From a virus, in the IMG/VR virus record IMGVR_UViG_3300041964_000083, positions 89,953-153,952 of that record: a stretch of 64,000 bases of DNA; one strand, written 5' to 3'. Below are positions 31,362-41,677 of the stretch, in pieces. The position numbers and the translations under genes were made by a program. Every line of letters starts with the position of its first letter. Within the stretch, counting starts at the first letter, position 1. A model generated the notes under the pieces. The model searched no databases. It saw nothing but the letters and a program-made list of their open reading frames with translations, and was not told where the DNA came from.

Positions 31362-31381
31362 GATTTGACAACGAAACGATG

Positions 31382-31636
31382 TCAAGGCTTAGGCGATTCG
31401 TTTGAGATTTCATCGGAGAGAATGTGCAATCCTGTGCCTTCTTGTAAAATTACAGTGTTGGTTAGTCCAGTTGAGTAGTGGCGCAGGAACTCCTCTTTCG
31501 TCTTACCAGAAGCTTCCTGATCCATCAGGTACGTTGCGATCGCGTCTTCACTCCCCTCCAGTAGTTCAACCTCATTATCTGTAACTTTGAACTTGGCGAG
31601 TATTTCGCCTCCGCTAAGAATTTGTGCGTTGAACAT
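31382..31636 (-). CDS. Hypothetical protein downstream of portal
   Basis: 84-aa ORF. Confidence 0.55.
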   Translation of the reverse strand: MFNAQILSGGEILAKFKVTDNEVELLEGSEDAIATYLMDQEASGKTKEEFLRHYSTGLTNTVILQEGTGLHILSDEISNESPKP

Positions 31637-33363
31637 TTAGCAACTCCTTGTATCGCTTTGCAATCCACACCTCAGCCCAACGACTAGGGTAAACTTTGAA
31701 TTTCTTTTTGGCTTCCGCGATCGCCTGATTATGTAGCTTCGCATCAGCAAATCCTTGGGAAAGAGAATCTGTTTGTACTACCGCTTCTTCCGGTGCTGGT
31801 GTTGTCTCTTCTGGCGCAGCAACCGCTTCCTCCTCAGGTACTGCTGCCTCATCCGTTGGAGCAGCTTCTGCACCCCCACCAAAGTCACCATAGCTGCCAT
31901 ACCCCCCTAATGCTTCCTGTTCAGCTTGGGCTTTCTTCTTATCCCATTCTTTCTTATCGAGTGTGATGTCAATACTGAACTGACTGCCACCAAATAAGCT
32001 ATCTCTGACCTCTTCTTTAGTTAACACCTTCTTGTTGAACGCAGCTAAGATACGCATTAATTGCCGCTGCCCGCAGCTCTACTTTCTCTGAGGGTGATTC
32101 TAAGATTAAAGGTCTAAAGTGAAGATCCCAGCCATCCGGTTCCTTCCCTTTAGTTGGTCCATCTTTGGCAAGGAAAATTAACTGGTAAAGTCGGCGTAGT
32201 TTGGATTTAAGTGTGCTGGATTGGTACTGTCCAACTAACTTCGCCCACACTCGTTCCTCGGCATCCCCCGTCCCTTGCGCCGCCATTCCCAACGGACCAC
32301 GCCCCAGGATTACGGTAGTTGGTAATCCACTAACAGCAACGAGTAAGTAGAGGAATTTATCGGCTAAAGTGTCGAGTCCCGCAAAGGTACGGGTAACGAA
32401 CTCGATCCGCTCTTTCTTGGCGTCAAGTGCCACACCACCAAGCATATTCCCACCTTTGCGTAGGAGTCGCAGGCGGTTTTTGATCTTATCCTCTGCACCA
32501 TCGGATATCTTGTCAGAAAGTCCGTCAAGGAAATATACAAACAAGCTGTAGTCGGCAATGATTGCGCCAATCTCAGCCATGATTTCGCCAAATTGCTTAA
32601 ACTCTGTCCAAATTGCATCGAGCAAGCTTTGTCCCCAGCCAGGGCATTCGCGATTGTCCCTCATGGCATCGGAGGGTAAAGCAATGCCATCAAATCGAAT
32701 TATTCGCGATCTGTGAATCTTGTAGCTATATTTGTTTTTTCCTTTAATCGCTTTTTCGCCAAACATATTCTGTAGGCGATCGCCATGCTGCATCCCCCCT
32801 AACAATAAGTCGTAGTGCATGGGACGATTAGCACTCCAACTTGTTGTTAAGTCAGGTTGCAATTGGTACGAGTGCAGCATCTCAACCGAGCGGACGGTTT
32901 TAATAAAGTTTTTGCGAATCGGCTCATCGGGTGGTGCGCCATCATCAACATCAAGCACGAGCGCAGCACCACCATACGTATTGGCATGAATGCCCGCGCT
33001 TTGAACTAAGTCGTAGTCAGAAATACCTTCTTCGTCATCAAGCAGATTGGGATCTTTGATTGATGCGCCTACTTGCGATCGGTAGTTGTTGAGTTCTTGG
33101 AGGATGCCATTATCTTGATCGTCTCCGCCGAATGTAATGTCCCACCCTTCTCTCGTCGCTTCTAATGGGTAGGCATGACAAATCCGCCGAGGTATCTCAC
33201 GACGAATCAGTTCTTCTTTTTGAATTTTGCTGAGTTGGGGTACGTAGCCAAGTTGTGTTTGCTCGGTTTTGTCTAATTCTGTACCAATTCCAATCAGCGC
33301 GTTGGCAAACGCACCGTCGTTGCGGATCTCTGAGCTATGCCCGTTATCACTGGTTGCAACCAA
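31614..33363 (-). CDS. Phage portal protein, DUF1073 type (frameshift near 32030)
   Basis: NDGAFANALIGIGTELDK, YGGAALVL, IHRSRIIRFDG, GWGQSLL, SGLPTTVILGRGPLG, FRPL; C-terminus continues VLTKEEVRDS.FGG. Confidence 0.85.
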
Positions 33364-33493
33364 AATTTATGCATAAAAACAACCCCAGCACGATTGTATG
33401 CACTGGAATTGGGTATCAATGATTCAATTTTGAGTAACGTGTTGAGCGGATAGCTTGATTTGTAACAAATGAGTCATTACTACATTTCATTAG

Positions 33494-35482
33494 TTACATC
33501 TCAGTGAACTTAATTTCGCAAGAGTGACACAAGGGCATCGAGAACAAATTTAATTGACCTTGTTCCTCCAGCTGAAGCATTTTGCATTTTTTCACCCACC
33601 ACGCAGGGGGTTGCTCTTCCCACCCCCACGGAAACCCTTGAGCCTTTACGTCAGCTTCTAATGACTTGATTCTTGCGGCTATTTCTGGGTAGAAAAACTC
33701 TAGCTGCTCTAACTCATTAGGTTGAGCGTATGCTCCGCAGTTATGAACCAATCCACCATGAGTAAGATAATTGGGTTCGCCAGCAATAGTAAGATTCTAT
33801 GTTTGCTGAATTTCACTTTCGCTAACTGACTGAACAGTAGCCCACAACCATCCATCCTCAAGAAAAGCGTATCGAGTTCTTTCGTTAGAGCGACCCACTT
33901 GATACATATGGCGAAATCCAGCAGAAATTGAGCTAGTTGATTTCTCTCTGGGCTTGGTTGTGCGAATACCATAAACTTTTCCTTGCCTTAAAAGCATTTC
34001 GTGAACTTGAAGCGCCAAAACTTTTGAAGTGGTGCAGTAAACCGAGTTCTTCTCTGTTTTCCCTTCTCTGTGTCGGGTATATTCAGATCCATCTCCAGTC
34101 CACATTGCTTCTAGTATTTTTGACTGCATGGCAACAGGCGCTAGCATTATTGATTGGTTGAACGACTTCTCCCAACAGTATCGACCATCGATAAAACAAG
34201 AAACCCAGTCAGATGAACGCTTTCCGCAGTTCCTGACGGTAATAAATCTCCTACCCGTTCTGTCATCTACCCAATCTCTCCAGTGTGTTGGCAGTCCAAG
34301 CCCTTTTTCTATACAGAGCTTGATATCTAATGCCATTGTTTCGCTTTTAACAGAAACCGTAAAAATTATGCCGCCTTTACTGTTACGGTATTTATCTCTT
34401 CTCCAGTTGTAAGCCCCCTCTGCCATGAAATAGCCAAGCAATCTAAGTTGCTCATCTGTTAAGTTAATTGGTATTTCTTCTGTTCTAAATGGATAGCCCA
34501 CGTAAAACTTTTGTTGGTTCCATACTGTTTGAGTTTTTCCTTGTGCAAACTTCTGTTCGATTTCTCCAGCTTCTATGTAAATTGGTGCATCTATTTGAGC
34601 GCGACTGGTTCTTACTCCTTCTATTTTGGTTGTTTTATGTTGATATGGTCTGACATAAATAGGATGATTGCGTGTGATGTCTATTGCTGGTAAAAAATAC
34701 GCTTTTAATGAAATCATTGGTTTTGGATCGTTACAATGAACTTTATAAATGGGTTGAGGTGTAATACAACCTTCAATTGAACTGTGGATAACGTCACCGA
34801 CTTCTAGATTGGCTATTTCAATCCATCCATTCGGTATTGAGATTAATGTGTCACCAGCAATACATAAACATTCTCCACTCATGCACAAGTTGTCTTTAAC
34901 TGGGTTGCGGGGTAGGTTGTAAGACTTCATATAGCTTTGACAATCATCATCACTAAACAACAAGGTAGGCGCAATCCAAACCCGGCTACCTTCTCGACGG
35001 TGAATTTCAGCTCCTTGTTTAAAATTACGCTTACGTCGATCGCTTTCAGCAATCCTTGCTCCCGTAACCAAACCAATTCGTTTTGCGCCTAATGTTTTGC
35101 GATCGCGCATAAACCTAGCAATTTACCGTTCTTTTAACCGCGTATACATAAACTGATGCAAGTTTGCTCCTGGAAACCCCCAACGAAGAACTAAGTCTCG
35201 ATAAATCATTGGATCTGGCGTACCGTCAGCGCGGGTATTTTCAACAGCTCGATAAATCTCTAAATGCCAGTTGTAGCGATTACAGGTATCTACGACGTAT
35301 TGCTGTGTATCTGGAATACCTGTTCCGGTGTCTATATGCAAGATGCCTTTAAATTGGGGAGCTAAACTTGCAATGTGTGAAGAGACTAAAGAATCGTGAC
35401 CCCCACTAAACATTCCCCAAATCTCGTCAACTTTATGTGTAGCAACAGCATCTTGAATTATTTCTACTGGCGTTAATTTCAT
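33494..35482 (-). pseudogene. PAPS-reductase-family protein with intein; two in-frame stops (TAA 35123, TAG 33797)
   Basis: FSGGHDS, HIDTGTG, GFPG..H..MY.RLKER, TGARIAES.RR, SGECL|CGAYA; three track ORFs are all in one frame. Confidence 0.8.
33740..34864 (-). mobile_element. Intein with LAGLIDADG homing endonuclease (375 codons)
   Basis: N-terminal CIAGDT..I..LEVGD, TRNHP block B, LLGYFMAEG and AMWTGDG motifs, C-terminal VHN followed by Cys. Confidence 0.9.
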
Positions 35483-35580
35483 TTTTGTGGCGATCCAAAA
35501 AACTTTAAGATGTTATTGCGAAAACCCTATTCGCGATATTTATAAGGTAACATAAACATCAATAATCATAAATTTACACT

Positions 35581-35814
35581 ATGCGATCGCGTATTCAAAT
35601 TGATATGGAATACCTCAAGCAAGTCTACGCCGAGGAAAACTCGATTCCAAAAACAGCTGCACGATCTGGGTTGTCGTATGGAACTGTGCGATCGCGCTTG
35701 CTTGAAGCTGGAGTAACACTCAAGTCTCGTGGTGGGCAGTGCGTTGGAGACGAGAAAATGACCAATGCAGAGCGAACTTACAAACACCGTAAGCAGAAAA
35801 AGAAGGCGATCTGA
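35581..35814 (+). CDS. Small HTH DNA-binding protein
   Basis: SIPKTAARSGLSYGTVRSRLLEAGV; MTNAERTYKHR. Confidence 0.75.
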   Translation: MRSRIQIDMEYLKQVYAEENSIPKTAARSGLSYGTVRSRLLEAGVTLKSRGGQCVGDEKMTNAERTYKHRKQKKKAI

Positions 35815-35981
35815 TCTGCAAAAAGCCGATCTGATCCTCGATCTACAATACCCTAATTTACGTCATAGCAGTATAAGATCAGATCATAATTAATGTTATT
35901 TGCTTAATTTTTGTTATGTTGATCGTTTGCTAACACACTAAGTATTTATACTCACCTAATAAAATATTTCTGACATTCATG

Positions 35982-36009
35982 TTGCATTAGTTGATATTTG
36001 CGTTACTAT
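35982..36009 (+). promoter_or_regulatory. Putative sigma70 promoter of early-gene region
   Basis: TTGCAT-16 bp-TACTAT upstream of a long + strand gene run. Confidence 0.5.
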
Positions 36010-36066
36010 AAAGAGGTGATGCAAAAGCAAGCGATTTCAATCAACAAACACACACGAGTAATTAAA

Positions 36067-36414
36067 ATGAACTTCCATAAAATCGAAGCAGGACAATATA
36101 AATCAGAAGAGGGTAGATTCCTAATCAAGAACACATACCACTCAAGATGTCCGTGGATTGTGCAAGACGAGAAAGACGCAGAACCATTTAATACTGATAG
36201 ATACGAAACGTTAACCGAAGCAAAAGCAGCAATTGTATTTCTCTGTCAGGTAGAAGTTAAACACCAACAGCTTTTAGATGCTGGGTACATCTTTGTACCT
36301 AATGAAAAGTTACCAGGCTTATGCTGGAAGTCACCATTCTCTAATCAACTGTTTACTCGCGATGTTGCATTAGATGAGTTAGCCGCGAATCAATACTTAC
36401 AAAGTTTAGCGTAA
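36067..36414 (+). CDS. Small hypothetical early protein
   Basis: ORF, MNFHKIEAG start. Confidence 0.6.
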   Translation: MNFHKIEAGQYKSEEGRFLIKNTYHSRCPWIVQDEKDAEPFNTDRYETLTEAKAAIVFLCQVEVKHQQLLDAGYIFVPNEKLPGLCWKSPFSNQLFTRDVALDELAANQYLQSLA

Positions 36415-36524
36415 TTGTCTTTTATAGTTCATAGCGATCGCGTGTAATTAAGCACCTAGCTAGTGGCAGAGACTGGCGATCGCATGGGGTAACTCCAATG
36501 CACAAACTCAACACAAACAAAGTA

Positions 36525-36842
36525 ATGAACAATTCACAGCGATTTACACTAGCTAATGTTATCTCTAAGAGAATATACGACGACAAGAAAGGCTGGATTG
36601 ATTTTGAGATTAACTTAACCGATGAACACAAAGCAGCGTTTGTAGATTTGTTTGGAAAACGCTGCCACGAGAAAACCAAAAGACGCTTACAGTCATTTAT
36701 AAATTATCCTAGCGGTGCTGAAAATCACGGTATCTATGAGCGTGTAGTGTTTAATCATTATGGACAACCATGCCATTATGTTGCAGGGCAAAGCTATCCT
36801 GATGAGTTAAGAATAGTTCGTAATCTAATTTGCAATAGATAA
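36525..36842 (+). CDS. Small hypothetical early protein
   Basis: Ends YVAGQSYPDELRIVR. Confidence 0.65.
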   Translation: MNNSQRFTLANVISKRIYDDKKGWIDFEINLTDEHKAAFVDLFGKRCHEKTKRRLQSFINYPSGAENHGIYERVVFNHYGQPCHYVAGQSYPDELRIVRNLICNR

Positions 36843-36937
36843 AACAGCAGCGATCGCGGGTACTCAAACCCCTAGCCAGATGGTAGTGACTGGCGATCGC
36901 ATGGGGCAACCCAACAAACCAACACAAAGGAATCAAG

Positions 36938-37546
36938 ATGCTTACAGACGAAATGAAAGACGCTGCATTAGTTGCTAAACTTCTTCAGGAGATGCACGAG
37001 CTATTGATACTGATTCAAGATGTATATGATCCAAAAGTTGGCTTAATGATTTATGCCAATCTTACAGGAAAGCTTATCAGCGAAGAATACGAAAAGCCTT
37101 ATACGTTGTTTGAATTCAGCTCTTATGAAGATGCTGTAGAGAAGCTAAAAGATTTTTACAATAGTTATACAACAGCAACTACAGTGACTTGGGATTGTCC
37201 TAAAACCAAAATACTTTACTATCATTGCGGATTACCAATTATAAGCATTGATGGTAATGATTACGCAGTTGCTATCAATAGGGCAAAGTCACTAGAAGCG
37301 GCTACAGAACTAATTGAAGCAGAGATTGAAGATTACGACGAAGCTTTGGAAGAAAGCTGGGATAAAGACTTGTTAGATGAGTATCAGAAAATTGGTGCTG
37401 AAGCATTTTTTAAGAAACATGGCTACAGTTTCCTTGCAACTTACGACGAAGAAGAGATCACATTTGATAAATTAACATTTGAGCAACAATCGCAAGTGTT
37501 AGAAATTCTACCTAACGCTACGCAGTCTTTGTTGTATCGATTGTAG
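36938..37546 (+). CDS. Acidic hypothetical protein
   Basis: 202 aa; FLATYDEEE. Confidence 0.65.
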   Translation: MLTDEMKDAALVAKLLQEMHELLILIQDVYDPKVGLMIYANLTGKLISEEYEKPYTLFEFSSYEDAVEKLKDFYNSYTTATTVTWDCPKTKILYYHCGLPIISIDGNDYAVAINRAKSLEAATELIEAEIEDYDEALEESWDKDLLDEYQKIGAEAFFKKHGYSFLATYDEEEITFDKLTFEQQSQVLEILPNATQSLLYRL

Positions 37547-37634
37547 AAAGTGCGATCGCGTAGTCGTGATGAATGAGATCGAATCTCTCGCGATCACATG
37601 GGATTATTCCCAACAAACAAACACTTAGAGAATC

Positions 37635-38018
37635 ATGAAATTTACTCGTACATTCATAGGTAGCGCTAAATCGGAAGCCGATCAAGAAGTTTTTAAGGTG
37701 ATGTCAAAGTCTGCTTATTTTGGCAGATCTAATCAAATCACAACATCATCGATTAATCACTTTATTAATCAGGTTTTACTTTCTGGGTATTTCAATTTTG
37801 AGGTTAAGCTTCTTGATGGAGGCTCAGAAACTTTTGAAGTTATCGGCTGGGTAGGAGACAAAGCAGACGGTATTGATTGGCAAGTGTTTGTTACATCCTC
37901 TGATAGTTTGGGCTGTATGTGTGATAACGGCTTCAAACCTTGCGGGAAGCAATGCATACCTATCGGAACATACTGTGATCCAGAATACGTAAGAGAAGAA
38001 GAAGCTTGTTTTAGTTAA
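37635..38018 (+). CDS. Hypothetical protein with Cys-rich C-terminus
   Basis: CMC..GFKPCGKQCIP...C. Confidence 0.6.
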   Translation: MKFTRTFIGSAKSEADQEVFKVMSKSAYFGRSNQITTSSINHFINQVLLSGYFNFEVKLLDGGSETFEVIGWVGDKADGIDWQVFVTSSDSLGCMCDNGFKPCGKQCIPIGTYCDPEYVREEEACFS

Positions 38019-38116
38019 TTGAATTACGCGATCGCACCTATCGGAGGTTTAGCAGTAGTCGGAGACTGGCGATCGCATGGGGCAACCCAACAAACCACAA
38101 ACACAAAGGATAAATT

Positions 38117-38308
38117 ATGTACGCAATTGCCAACCCTATAGAATTTGGGCTAGTTGTCATCTGGACATACAGAACAAAGGATAACGCTTGGTATGTTTTC
38201 GACAAAGATCGCATAGCCACTTATACAGAAGAAGAGGCAAACGCGATCGCACAAAACTATCCAAAAGCAAAAGTGATCGAAGCCACACAAGCTGGGAACC
38301 TGTACTAA
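38117..38308 (+). CDS. Small hypothetical protein
   Basis: 63 aa with AAGGA SD. Confidence 0.6.
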   Translation: MYAIANPIEFGLVVIWTYRTKDNAWYVFDKDRIATYTEEEANAIAQNYPKAKVIEATQAGNLY

Positions 38309-38344
38309 GTTATTGTACACAAATCAACCATAAGGATCTCTAAC

Positions 38345-38524
38345 ATGAAAACAATGCACACAGATAAGCTAATAGGGGTAATCTTTGGGATAGAGGCAAT
38401 TACACAAAAACATTACCTCTCATTAACCTCAGACTCTATTCGCTTTAGAGTCAGAAAATACCCAAACGGCGCAAGATTAACAGTTTTTCTGTTTTGTCAC
38501 TATATCCAGATTAACTGGAACTAA
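38345..38524 (+). CDS. Small hypothetical protein (59 aa)
   Basis: Manual ORF with AAGGA SD. Confidence 0.45.
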   Translation: MKTMHTDKLIGVIFGIEAITQKHYLSLTSDSIRFRVRKYPNGARLTVFLFCHYIQINWN

Positions 38525-38613
38525 CTCGAAAAATTACCTGATCGCGTCCCAAGATTGCCCATCAAAGACGCGATCAGGTTGCCTGAAAAGCAACGTTACT
38601 CATCCATAATACA

Positions 38614-40380
38614 ATGATCATCAACTTAGCCAAAACCGTACAGACTGAACTAGCAAGCGAAGACGACGCATATATTCATCAGGAATACAGGATAAAGCGC
38701 ATCAGTCAGGATGAATACAGCAGCCTAGCTTGGCAACACCGCAAGGATACATCAGATCAGGGTGATATTCCTATCGTTTTTGAACGTCGAACCGTTCGCA
38801 CTGTTGCTGGAGTAGAGAAGCCGGATGAGTGGGAGTTGTTCGACTTTAGCGGTAAAGCGGCAGTGTTCCTACTAGATCGTGTACCCACCCACGCTAGCAA
38901 TGAGAGTCAGCATCCCATACACGAAAGCTTAAAGGTTTGTGTTGAAGCTATACGGGCATTAGAGAAGGAGAAAACCGATCTAACGTATTGGTTTGAATCT
39001 GAGCCTAGTACATGGAATAAAACACGGCTACAAGCTAAATATGCGGAAGAGTTCGAGACACAACTCAAGCGATCGCGTTTACATAAAGCATGGAAAGAAA
39101 ACCGAGCAAACGTTGATAAAGTCGCCAAGATTCAGGAGCGAGTTACAGCAGAGTATCGGGTAGAACGCGATCGCATAACCACACGCCTAGAGGAGATAGA
39201 GAAGGAGATTACAACGCTTCGAGGGAGCTTTGAGGATGAAGTTTTTCAGCTACTAACAGAGAAGCCGGAAGAACCCACTACCACCACACAACCGAAACAA
39301 AACACCATGATCGCAGATATCCCCAACCTTACCCAAGAACAACAACACACCGAGGAGAAAGGAGGGATCGAGATACGGTTTAAGTCAAGAGTACCAGAAG
39401 AAACTGTACAACCGTTGCGAGATATGGGTTATAAGTGGGCAAGGCGTAAACCCTCTTACCTATACGCAAAGTATACAGAGCAAAGATGGAATTGTGCGAT
39501 CGCGCTTGCTGCAACATTGAACGGTGAGCAAATGACATCGGATCGTTGTCAGTCTACCGAATCAGAAACAGAAGAAGTGGAAGACGCGATCGCACAAGAT
39601 ACCGTCGAACCAGAGCAAGCTCCGAACATTACCGTAGATAACTCCGAACATTACAGCACGACTCCGAACATTAGCCCCATAGATAGCGAATCTAGCCCGC
39701 TAGATAAGCCTGAGATTGTACATACACCATCAGATTTGCAACGCTTTGATTTTACAGGTATCACGCTGGAAGTTTGGGAAGCCCCCCAGTTCGGTGCTTA
39801 CTTTGTAACCGATGAAACAGGAAAGAATATCAAAAGTAATGAAGATCGCTTATTTCATGCGACAAGCCACTATGAAGCCGCTGTAGCCGCGCTTGACTTG
39901 TGGGAACGTAATCAAGAACTAGAACAACTCAAGGCTGAACTTGAGCGCACCAAGCAGGAAAACCAGCAACTTAAGGAAGAGATCGAACGACTCACCCCAC
40001 CACCCACACCCCCAAGCGGTAAACCACCAGAGCGATCAAACAACGTTGTTGAGCTTTCAGGTAAGCGCGAGGAGAAGGCAGCAGCAACGCCAATCAGCGA
40101 AGCCGAACAAGTGTTGATTGATATTGTCAAAGCTCAATCAGAATGCTTCGGATCAGATGTCGTGGCACTACTTGAAGAAAACCGTGCATTGATGCGGAAT
40201 GTTCTGGCAGAGCAAAAGCCAAAACAGACACGCAAGCCTAAAACAGAGAAACTCGCACCAGTAGCGGCAAAGCCACGGGGACGCCGCAAAAAGGACAAAG
40301 TTGTAGAGGGTCAAATGGCTTTATTCAGCTTCTCAGACTTCACCAAGATGCCTCCGAAGCGGGAAGCCCTGTCTCTTTAG
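38614..40380 (+). CDS. Polyvalent-protein-like multidomain protein; native C-terminus displaced by IS
   Basis: EEKGGIEIRF..P....LRDMGYKW...YAK domain; coiled coil; removing the IS gives ...FSDFTQLNLFAV* (41678-41702). Confidence 0.6.
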   Translation: MIINLAKTVQTELASEDDAYIHQEYRIKRISQDEYSSLAWQHRKDTSDQGDIPIVFERRTVRTVAGVEKPDEWELFDFSGKAAVFLLDRVPTHASNESQHPIHESLKVCVEAIRALEKEKTDLTYWFESEPSTWNKTRLQAKYAEEFETQLKRSRLHKAWKENRANVDKVAKIQERVTAEYRVERDRITTRLEEIEKEITTLRGSFEDEVFQLLTEKPEEPTTTTQPKQNTMIADIPNLTQEQQHTEEKGGIEIRFKSRVPEETVQPLRDMGYKWARRKPSYLYAKYTEQRWNCAIALAATLNGEQMTSDRCQSTESETEEVEDAIAQDTVEPEQAPNITVDNSEHYSTTPNISPIDSESSPLDKPEIVHTPSDLQRFDFTGITLEVWEAPQFGAYFVTDETGKNIKSNEDRLFHATSHYEAAVAALDLWERNQELEQLKAELERTKQENQQLKEEIERLTPPPTPPSGKPPERSNNVVELSGKREEKAAATPISEAEQVLIDIVKAQSECFGSDVVALLEENRALMRNVLAEQKPKQTRKPKTEKLAPVAAKPRGRRKKDKVVEGQMALFSFSDFTKMPPKREALSL

Positions 40381-41677
40381 AACAGGGAGGAACGCAAGTG
40401 TGCGGTTTTAACCGCCTACAGTCTATTGGTATTTTCATAGATTTTGGTGTACGATAAACATTATTCACTTGTGAGATTTTACTGACTTGAAACAAGTTCT
40501 GACTATAGCTTGTAAGCTTCAACCAAGCCTTGAGCAGGTTTTCAAAATAGAAGAACTGCTCAAGGCTTTTGCTGATGGCTGCAACTATGCGAATCAGAAC
40601 GTCAAAGTTTCGATAACCAGTAAAACAACTATTCAGAACTTGGTGTATCAATCCCTGCGAGAGCAGTTTGGATTGAGCGCCAACCAAGCCGTTAGAGTGT
40701 GCGCCAGAGTTGGAGCTAATCGAAAGACAGCAAAACTCAAAGGTAAACCTGTTAAGGAATTCAAGCCAACCAGTGCTGACTATGATGCTAGGATCTTCTC
40801 GTTTAGAGAAAAAGACTGGACAGTTAGCTTGACACTCCTCAATGGTCGAGAACACATCAAAATAGATGCGGGAAACTACCAAAGAGGAAAACTTAAAGGT
40901 AGAACACCAACATCTGCTCAGTTGTGTAAACACCGCGACGGCAAGTACTACATCCACATTCAGATTAAGGATGACGCGCCTGATCCTGTTAAGACAAAAA
41001 ACGTTATCGGTGTTGATTTTGGAAGGCGTGACATAGCCGTAACTAGCAATGGGGACAAATGGGATGGAACTGGAATAACCAAAGCCAGAGATAAGTTTTC
41101 CAAGCTCAGAGCTTCTCTCCAAGCAAAAGCCTCGAAAGGCACAAGAACGAATCGAAGACGAGTTAGAAATATCTTGAAACGGTTGTCGGGGCGTGAGAGA
41201 AGATATCAAACGTGGTTGAACCACACAATTAGTCGAGCAATCATTCAGGATGCCTTGAAGTCTAGCAGCCTTGTCGCTATTGAGGACTTGACTGGCATCC
41301 GAGATAGAACCAATCAACAACCCCGCAATAAAACAGAACGTAGGCGCTCCAACTCGTGGGCATTCTATCAACTTCGACAGTTTCTTGAATACAAAGGTAT
41401 TCGAGCGGGAATCGAAGTGATAGCTGTCTCCCCTAGGTACACAAGCCAAACGTGCCATCAATGCCTGCATATTGGATTGAGGTCTGGAAAGCGGTTTGGT
41501 TGTACCAATAAAAGCTGTGGTTGGCATGGGGATGCTGATTGCAATGGTTCTGAAATGATTCGGCTCGTGGGCTTGTCCGTAACGCAAGCTGAAGGCTCGA
41601 AGATTCTTAGCTGTGAACTCAGTTGGGACTCTTCAGGGCTATTGAAAGCCCCGTCTCTTTAGAGCGGGGAAGTTTAC
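40344..41677 (+). mobile_element. IS200/IS605-group TnpB-only (IS1341-like) element
   Basis: Subterminal hairpins aagccctgtctctttagaacaggg and aagccccgtctctttagagcgggg; ends GTTTAC; 5' TCAC target; no TSD; host frame restored on removal. Confidence 0.88.
40487..41662 (+). CDS. tnpB: RNA-guided endonuclease TnpB
   Basis: RuvC D/E/D in GVDFG, AIEDL, DADCNG; YTSQTCHQC..C..C zinc finger. Confidence 0.95.
   Translation: MKQVLTIACKLQPSLEQVFKIEELLKAFADGCNYANQNVKVSITSKTTIQNLVYQSLREQFGLSANQAVRVCARVGANRKTAKLKGKPVKEFKPTSADYDARIFSFREKDWTVSLTLLNGREHIKIDAGNYQRGKLKGRTPTSAQLCKHRDGKYYIHIQIKDDAPDPVKTKNVIGVDFGRRDIAVTSNGDKWDGTGITKARDKFSKLRASLQAKASKGTRTNRRRVRNILKRLSGRERRYQTWLNHTISRAIIQDALKSSSLVAIEDLTGIRDRTNQQPRNKTERRRSNSWAFYQLRQFLEYKGIRAGIEVIAVSPRYTSQTCHQCLHIGLRSGKRFGCTNKSCGWHGDADCNGSEMIRLVGLSVTQAEGSKILSCELSWDSSGLLKAPSL

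Larger units (their letters stand above)
36434..38116 (+). repeat. Four copies of a structured intergenic element (36434, 36850, 37552, 38028)
   Basis: HIP1...HIP1-atggg-loop-ccca-CA-rich tract; 34 bp identical at 36888-36921 and 38064-38097. Confidence 0.85.

Noticed and set aside
36434-38116. Classical integron attC array
   Set aside because: No RYYYAAC/GTTRRRY cores, and the recombinase at 7345 lacks an evident IntI insertion; kept as a novel repeat instead
40340-41587. 415-aa minus-strand ORF
   Set aside because: Antisense shadow of tnpB with no motifs
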